33,747 nt of DNA from Nitrososphaeria archaeon (lineage in GTDB: Archaea; Thermoproteota; Nitrososphaeria; Conexivisphaerales; UBA164): NCBI GenBank assembly GCA_029775955.1, contig JARVJW010000087.1, forward strand, positions 1 to 33,747. Direction: 5' to 3'. How positions within the stretch are numbered: the first letter of the stretch is position 1; each line of letters opens with the position of its first letter. Both the position numbers and the translations under genes were made by a program. A model generated the notes under the pieces. That model did not search any database and was not told where the DNA came from. It saw only the letters and a list, made by a program, of their open reading frames with translations. Below, piece by piece: positions 28,848-33,747 of the stretch.

Positions 28848-30036
28848 CTGAAGGTGATAAAGCCATGAGCCATCCATGGAAATCCAGGGGGCAATTGTCG
28901 GGTACTATAAGCCACAGGAGGAAGTACCTCACGGACATGCAGAGCGCGATAAGGTATGCTATTGAAGTTGCCTATGAAATGGCTATACATATTGCAATAG
29001 GATGCCTTTGCCAATTGCATTGAGATCAAGCCACGGTTCGTGTCAAACTACGATTATGCGATTCACAACCTCAACCCCGTTTCTGCCGTTGCCTGATAAT
29101 ATAAGAAGAACCATTATGGCGAGCTGAGGATACCTGATGTGAAGAAGCTTGAAATGAGGATTGATAGCTAGATGTTCAAAGTGACAAAGTGAGGGTAACG
29201 CTCCAGCCCGGGCATTACGCTTACGTCCCAATAAACACTGAGAACAAGCACTTCCTGGAATACGGCAAGGGCAAAACTTCAGAGCTCTTGCTGACTGACA
29301 ATTTTGTGTGTGTTAACCATATCGGAAAAGGAAAGGAGCCTAGCTTCGTGGCGCAGGACTTCACGATAGATTCCACGTTTGCTGGGTGATGGCAGGCTGC
29401 GCTGAAAGGAACTTATACACAGAGCATTTCTAACATAGCGCACATACAGAACGACTCAGGGAGGAGAGCCTGCAGAAGCACAATAAAGAGAAGTACAGGA
29501 AACTGCGCCAGGCCAGAGGTAGGCAGAAGAACCGTGTCAATGATGCCCTGCAAAAGCTAACTACGGAGATGGTAAAGGAAAACCCAGGCGCGTCATTTGT
29601 CTTTGAAGACTTGAACGGAATAAGGACTGGTGGAAACAACAAGGGCAGGAAATTCAGGACAAAGTTGAACAGGTGGCCATACAGGCTTGCTTTACCAAAA
29701 GATGATTGAATACAAGTCCTCATTCAAGACCGTTTATGTGAACCCAAGAGGGACCTCCTCGGAGTGTCCTGTCTGTGGTGATAAGCTGAAGCACCCTGCT
29801 TGGGGGATATCGAAATGCGAAACCTGTGGTGTGGACTACGACAGGGATAGGCTGGCCTCACTTGCCATAACCCTGCGTGGCCTGCGGCTACCCGTTTACC
29901 GTGAGTGCGGATGCCTCTTGGCCTTCTTTGAAGGATGAATACCTGTACACCGGTCATGAGCCTAGTAGGCGGAGCGGGCTTGAAGGTCAACGCTCCAAAT
30001 GATGGTTATAAGAAATTATAACCTTTTAGAAACGGG
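28848..30036 (+). pseudogene. tnpB: TnpB (IS605/IS607-type), fragmented, with 3' end region
   Basis: LRVTLQPG.YAYVP, FVFEDLNGIR, KLNRWPY, MIEYKS..VYVNPRGTSSECPVCG...CETCG..DRDRLASLAI; multiple frameshifts. Confidence 0.88.
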
Positions 30037-30072
30037 AAATAGTTTATTAATCATCATGCAACTTTCTGGTTT

Positions 30073-30645
30073 ATGAAATACATTCTGGCAATCACCGGCG
30101 CCAGTGGCATAATATATGGTGTAAGGTTAGTAGAGGAACTTGGAAATATGGGACACGATGTTTACTCTATATTTACCAACGGCGCAAGGGCAACCGCTAA
30201 GTATGAGCTAAGTGATGCTATGGAGAGGATTGGCAGGTCGTCAAAGGCAGTTTTTGGCGAAAATGAACTTGATGCGCCAATGGCTAGCGGCTCAGCTAAG
30301 TTTGACGGCATGGTCGTTGCGCCGTGCAGCATGAAGACTCTGGCCTCAATAGCAAATGGTCTTGAGGAAAACCTTGTTTCACGTGCAGGACTTGTCCAGC
30401 TGAAAGAAAGGAAGCCCCTGATACTGTTGCTTAGGGAGACGCCTCTTTCCACACTGCACATAATTAATATGCTGAAGGCTTCTATCGGGGGTGCTATAAT
30501 AGCTCCAGCTTCCCCCGGCTTCTATGGAGCTCCAAAAACCCTGGATGACCTGATTAACTTCCAGGTAGGAAAGGTGCTTGACCTGCTGGGGATACAGCAC
30601 AACCTGTTCAGAAGGTGGTCAGGCCCTGAAGGCAGTGGGAATTGA
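30073..30645 (+). CDS. ubiX: Flavin prenyltransferase UbiX/Pad1
   Basis: AITGASG, APMASGS, APCSMKTLASIA.G, RA..VQLKE, RETPL, PGFY. Confidence 0.96.
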   Translation: MKYILAITGASGIIYGVRLVEELGNMGHDVYSIFTNGARATAKYELSDAMERIGRSSKAVFGENELDAPMASGSAKFDGMVVAPCSMKTLASIANGLEENLVSRAGLVQLKERKPLILLLRETPLSTLHIINMLKASIGGAIIAPASPGFYGAPKTLDDLINFQVGKVLDLLGIQHNLFRRWSGPEGSGN

Positions 30646-31213
30646 CTTAGCCGCTTCCATTCACAGGCCAACAGGAGTTGCCATAGTTGACCACTTACTT
30701 AGGTGCACAGTGTCAACAGAATACAGCGACGACGATATCATTGGTTTTGTTACCTCTAGCCTGCCTGATGTGGTTGTCATAGATGCTCCACTTAGCGTGC
30801 CAAGTGGCAGGTCAAATATAGATGACAAAGCTGGTCCCCATTTCAGAGAATGCGACCTTGAACTCAGGCGCCTAAAAATCAAGTTCTTCCCAGTAACGCT
30901 TGGACCCATGAGACAACTTACAAAGAGGGGTATCTCACTCAAGCTAAGACTGCATGGGCTGGGCTTCGATGTGATAGAATCCTTCCCTGGTGGAATACAA
31001 GACGTCCTGGGGATACCAAGGCACAAGGACATGGCTGGCCTGCTCAAAGGCCTTATAAAAAATGGGTTAAATGGGTGCACTAATATAAACAACGAACATG
31101 AGCTTGACGCCGCCACCATGGGGTATTTGGGTCAGTTGTATCTAGAAAGAAAAGCTGTTGCGCTTGGCGACCCGGATGAGGGGCTCCTCTATCTGCCTAA
31201 AATCCCCGGCTGA
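30626..31213 (+). CDS. DUF429-family predicted RNase H-like nuclease
   Basis: VGIDLAA, VIDAPL, RECD.EL, LGPMRQLT.RG, IESFPG, HELDA; overlaps the ubiX 3' end; start uncertain (CTG 30626 or GTG 30635). Confidence 0.82.
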   Translation: MKAVGIDLAASIHRPTGVAIVDHLLRCTVSTEYSDDDIIGFVTSSLPDVVVIDAPLSVPSGRSNIDDKAGPHFRECDLELRRLKIKFFPVTLGPMRQLTKRGISLKLRLHGLGFDVIESFPGGIQDVLGIPRHKDMAGLLKGLIKNGLNGCTNINNEHELDAATMGYLGQLYLERKAVALGDPDEGLLYLPKIPG

Positions 31214-31269
31214 TTATTCAATTCATCTAATTGATCCCCAAAACATTTTATTATGCCAAATGATAGCTA

Positions 31270-32610
31270 ATGCCATTGAACAGAGAGCTTGTAGTTAAGA
31301 ATGGAATCATAATTACGATGAACAAGGAGAGGGAAGTTTTTGAAGGTTCATTGCTTATTGAAAACGGCAAGATAGCCGACATCTACAGAGGCAAATTGGG
31401 CCCGAAGGCTGATATTGAAATCGATGCTAAAGGTGGCATCGTTGCACCAGGATTTATATGCGCTCACACTCATCTATATGGCATTCTCCTGAGGGGGGCA
31501 TCCCTAAATATTGTTCCCCCCACTGACTTCACCCAAAACCTTCAGAGAATATGGTGGCTCATGGATGAGGAAATGAATGAGCATGATGCTTATATAAGTG
31601 CCCTCATGGCCTCACTTGAGCTCTTGAGATCTGGTACAACAACATTTGCCGACACCTTTTCTGGTCCCAACGCGATCAAAGGCGTGCTTGACTACATAAA
31701 CAGAGGTGTCAGTGAAACCGGAATCAGAGGCATACTTTCCTTTGAATCAACTCAGAGGAGAACCCTAGAGGAAGGGTATAAGGGCCTAAATGAGAATGTG
31801 CGCTTTATAAAGGGCTCTGGCAGGGGGATGATAAGCGTACATGCCTCGTTTACCGTAAAGGATGAGCTTCTCAGGGAGGCGGCGGAAACTGCATCTGAGT
31901 TGGATGTCCCGTTCACTATTCATGCATCTGAAGGAAGGTGGGACCTGTACCATAACCTTGAGAGGTATGGCAAGAGGACTTTTGAGAGGCTTAACGACCT
32001 AGGTGTGCTAAATGAAAGGGCTGTGGTCGCACACGCTGTTAATGTGAACGAAGACGAGTTGGAAATAATTCGTAAAACCCACACCAATGTCGTTCACAAC
32101 CCTCTGAGTAACATGCTTAATGCAGTTGGGGTAGCTCCAGTTCCTGAAATGAAGAGGATGGGTATAAACCTGAGTTTGGGTAACGACGGTTACATATTTG
32201 ATACTTTTGAAAATATGAGGGCAGCGTTCCTGATGCACAAACTTAACAAACTCGATCCACGTGTCATGAACTTTATGGATGTGATTGAAATGAGCACAAT
32301 CAATGCAGCAAAGGCCTATGGACTGGACAAAGAACTTGGATCACTTGAGGCAGGCAAGGCTGGCGATGTGGTAGTGATAAGGCCGCAGGTCAGGCCAACG
32401 CCTCTTACGCCCGCGACATCGTACGCCTACCTTATAAATAGTGTTAATGGAAAGGATGTAGACACAGTGATAGTAAATGGTGAAGTCGTTCTTGCAAACG
32501 GGGTCCCGATAAAGTTAGACTTAGAAAGGGCTAACAAAAAGGCGGCTGACATGGTCAATGATTACTGGAGAAGGCTGTCAAAGGCCAAAGAAAGGATCGA
32601 AATGCTCTGA
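31270..32610 (+). CDS. Metal-dependent amidohydrolase (SsnA/AtzA-like deaminase)
   Basis: PGFICAHTHLY, SVHASFT, IHASE, AHAV, HNPLSNM.NAVG, GNDG, GSLEAGKAGD. Confidence 0.92.
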   Translation: MPLNRELVVKNGIIITMNKEREVFEGSLLIENGKIADIYRGKLGPKADIEIDAKGGIVAPGFICAHTHLYGILLRGASLNIVPPTDFTQNLQRIWWLMDEEMNEHDAYISALMASLELLRSGTTTFADTFSGPNAIKGVLDYINRGVSETGIRGILSFESTQRRTLEEGYKGLNENVRFIKGSGRGMISVHASFTVKDELLREAAETASELDVPFTIHASEGRWDLYHNLERYGKRTFERLNDLGVLNERAVVAHAVNVNEDELEIIRKTHTNVVHNPLSNMLNAVGVAPVPEMKRMGINLSLGNDGYIFDTFENMRAAFLMHKLNKLDPRVMNFMDVIEMSTINAAKAYGLDKELGSLEAGKAGDVVVIRPQVRPTPLTPATSYAYLINSVNGKDVDTVIVNGEVVLANGVPIKLDLERANKKAADMVNDYWRRLSKAKERIEML

Positions 32611-32611
32611 T

Positions 32612-33512
32612 TTAACCTTGCGAGCGAGAAATCCCCTTGATTTAGTAAGGAAATTTCTCACTAATTCACAGTGTTTAAACAGAAAAAAGCTCTAACTGCC
32701 TTCAGTCACGGCGACAAGTTCCTTCCCTCGGTTCACTCCCAAGTTTTACAATGGTCTTTTGGCTAGATAAAGTGCACAGTGTATTTTTCATTGATCTTGA
32801 AAGGCACCTCAAGTTTAAACGGAATGGTAAACATAACTCATACCCACAAAGTGGGTTCAAGGTAATTGAGGAAAGGAAAAAACCAGATTTTCAAAGATTG
32901 AACTTACCAGAGTTAAGTTTCATCGGTACATCGAAGGGACAGTGAAGAGAGTCGTACTAATTCGCGACATCGACAAGTAGTTTGTGGCATTACTTATAGA
33001 AAACACTGGCGAAACCAACCCGGTCGGCATAGATGTCAGCGCCTCTAACATCATGGCGCTCAGTGATGTAACGTTAGTCAAAAATTCACGCATGCTAGCC
33101 CATTCGATAGAGCGCATCAAAAGCCTTCAGAGGCCACTTTCAAGTAAGCAAAAATGCTCAAAGAATAGGGAGAAAGCCTGTATCTGGCTAAAAGCATGGC
33201 TGGAAGTCAGGAAGCAGATGGATGATTTAGCTCATAAGCTCTCTTATAAGCTTAAGGGGAATCAGCTGATAGCTTTTGAAGGCTTACAGGTCAAGAATAA
33301 GGTGAAAAATCACAGCCTAACGCGGACAATAATGGACTCCTGTTTGGGTAAGGGCCGTACTTATAAGACGAATAGGCGTGGTGTACATGTAATACTCGTC
33401 AACCCGTCTGGGATGTCATAGATATGCCCATGGTGTAAAAAACGGTTTCGGAGGAACTCTAGGTTAGGATGCACAAATGCCCATACTGTGGGCTCTTGAT
33501 AGACCAAAACGC
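32612..33512 (+). mobile_element. tnpB: Decayed IS605-type element with tnpB pseudogene
   Basis: Left-end-like TTAAC|CTTGCGAGCGAGAAATCCCC; YPQSGFK, GTVKRVVL, PVGIDV (RuvC-I), AFEGLQVKN (RuvC-II), VNPSGMS*ICPWC, HKCPYCGLLID. Confidence 0.85.
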
Positions 33513-33535
33513 CGTAGGCTACAGTTTCAATATAT

Positions 33536-33747
33536 GCTCTGTTGAACAAATATCCCTGAAAGTGCTTATCATTCTCAGATCTCTTCTAGGATTTCTGATC
33601 AGTTCATAGCTTTCACCAACTGCTTTGCCCTCTGGTTTATGTAGTATGCCCAGAACCTCTGGTATCCCTCTGCTTCCAGTCCTGTGGTACATCGGCTTAC
33701 GCAATTCTCCCCAAACTTCACAGCGGAGAATATTCCTTCCGTGCCTG
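33536..33747 (-). mobile_element. 3' end of an IS5-family (IS903-like) element, truncated by the window edge
   Basis: Minus-strand TEGIFSAVK-FGENCVSR...EGYQRFWAY; terminal repeat GCTCTGTTGAACAAAT (33536-33551) resembles the IS903-type TIR. Confidence 0.75.

Noticed and set aside
28848..29990. TnpB remnants as active Cas12f/TnpB nucleases or domesticated TldR-like regulators
   Set aside because: All copies carry multiple frameshifts and stops; no intact ORF
28787..30036. TTAGAAAC at both ends of the tnpB remnant as IS607 end motifs or a target duplication
   Set aside because: An 8-bp AT-rich match is too short to support without other copies

Overview
Archaeal chromosomal segment. The IleRS and DnaK styles and a proton-efflux P-type ATPase suggest an acid-tolerant TACK lineage near Nitrososphaerota (inference only). 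It holds about 17 intact genes: ileS, an H+-ATPase, dnaJ-dnaK-grpE, a UPF0201 protein, acnA, an isocitrate/isopropylmalate dehydrogenase, an Lrp RAM-domain protein, mdh, AMP phosphorylase, a Trm5-family methyltransferase, a radical SAM/SPASM enzyme, two amidohydrolases, ubiX and a DUF429 nuclease. It also has an orphan membrane protein and tRNA-Ser(TGA). Nearly every large intergenic gap holds a decayed IS remnant (IS5, IS605/IS607 tnpB, IS481, ISH3, ISNCY-like). Three highlights: (1) an uninterrupted but shortened PolD large-subunit (DP2) homologue that has lost its catalytic motif yet keeps its zinc fingers and PIP box; (2) an uncalled 27-aa peptide gene ending 2 nt before the rSAM/SPASM gene, a candidate RiPP system; (3) an ORF-less HEARO/IscB-omegaRNA-like element fused to the AMP phosphorylase stop codon. 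All family assignments come from motif recognition by eye; no searches were run.
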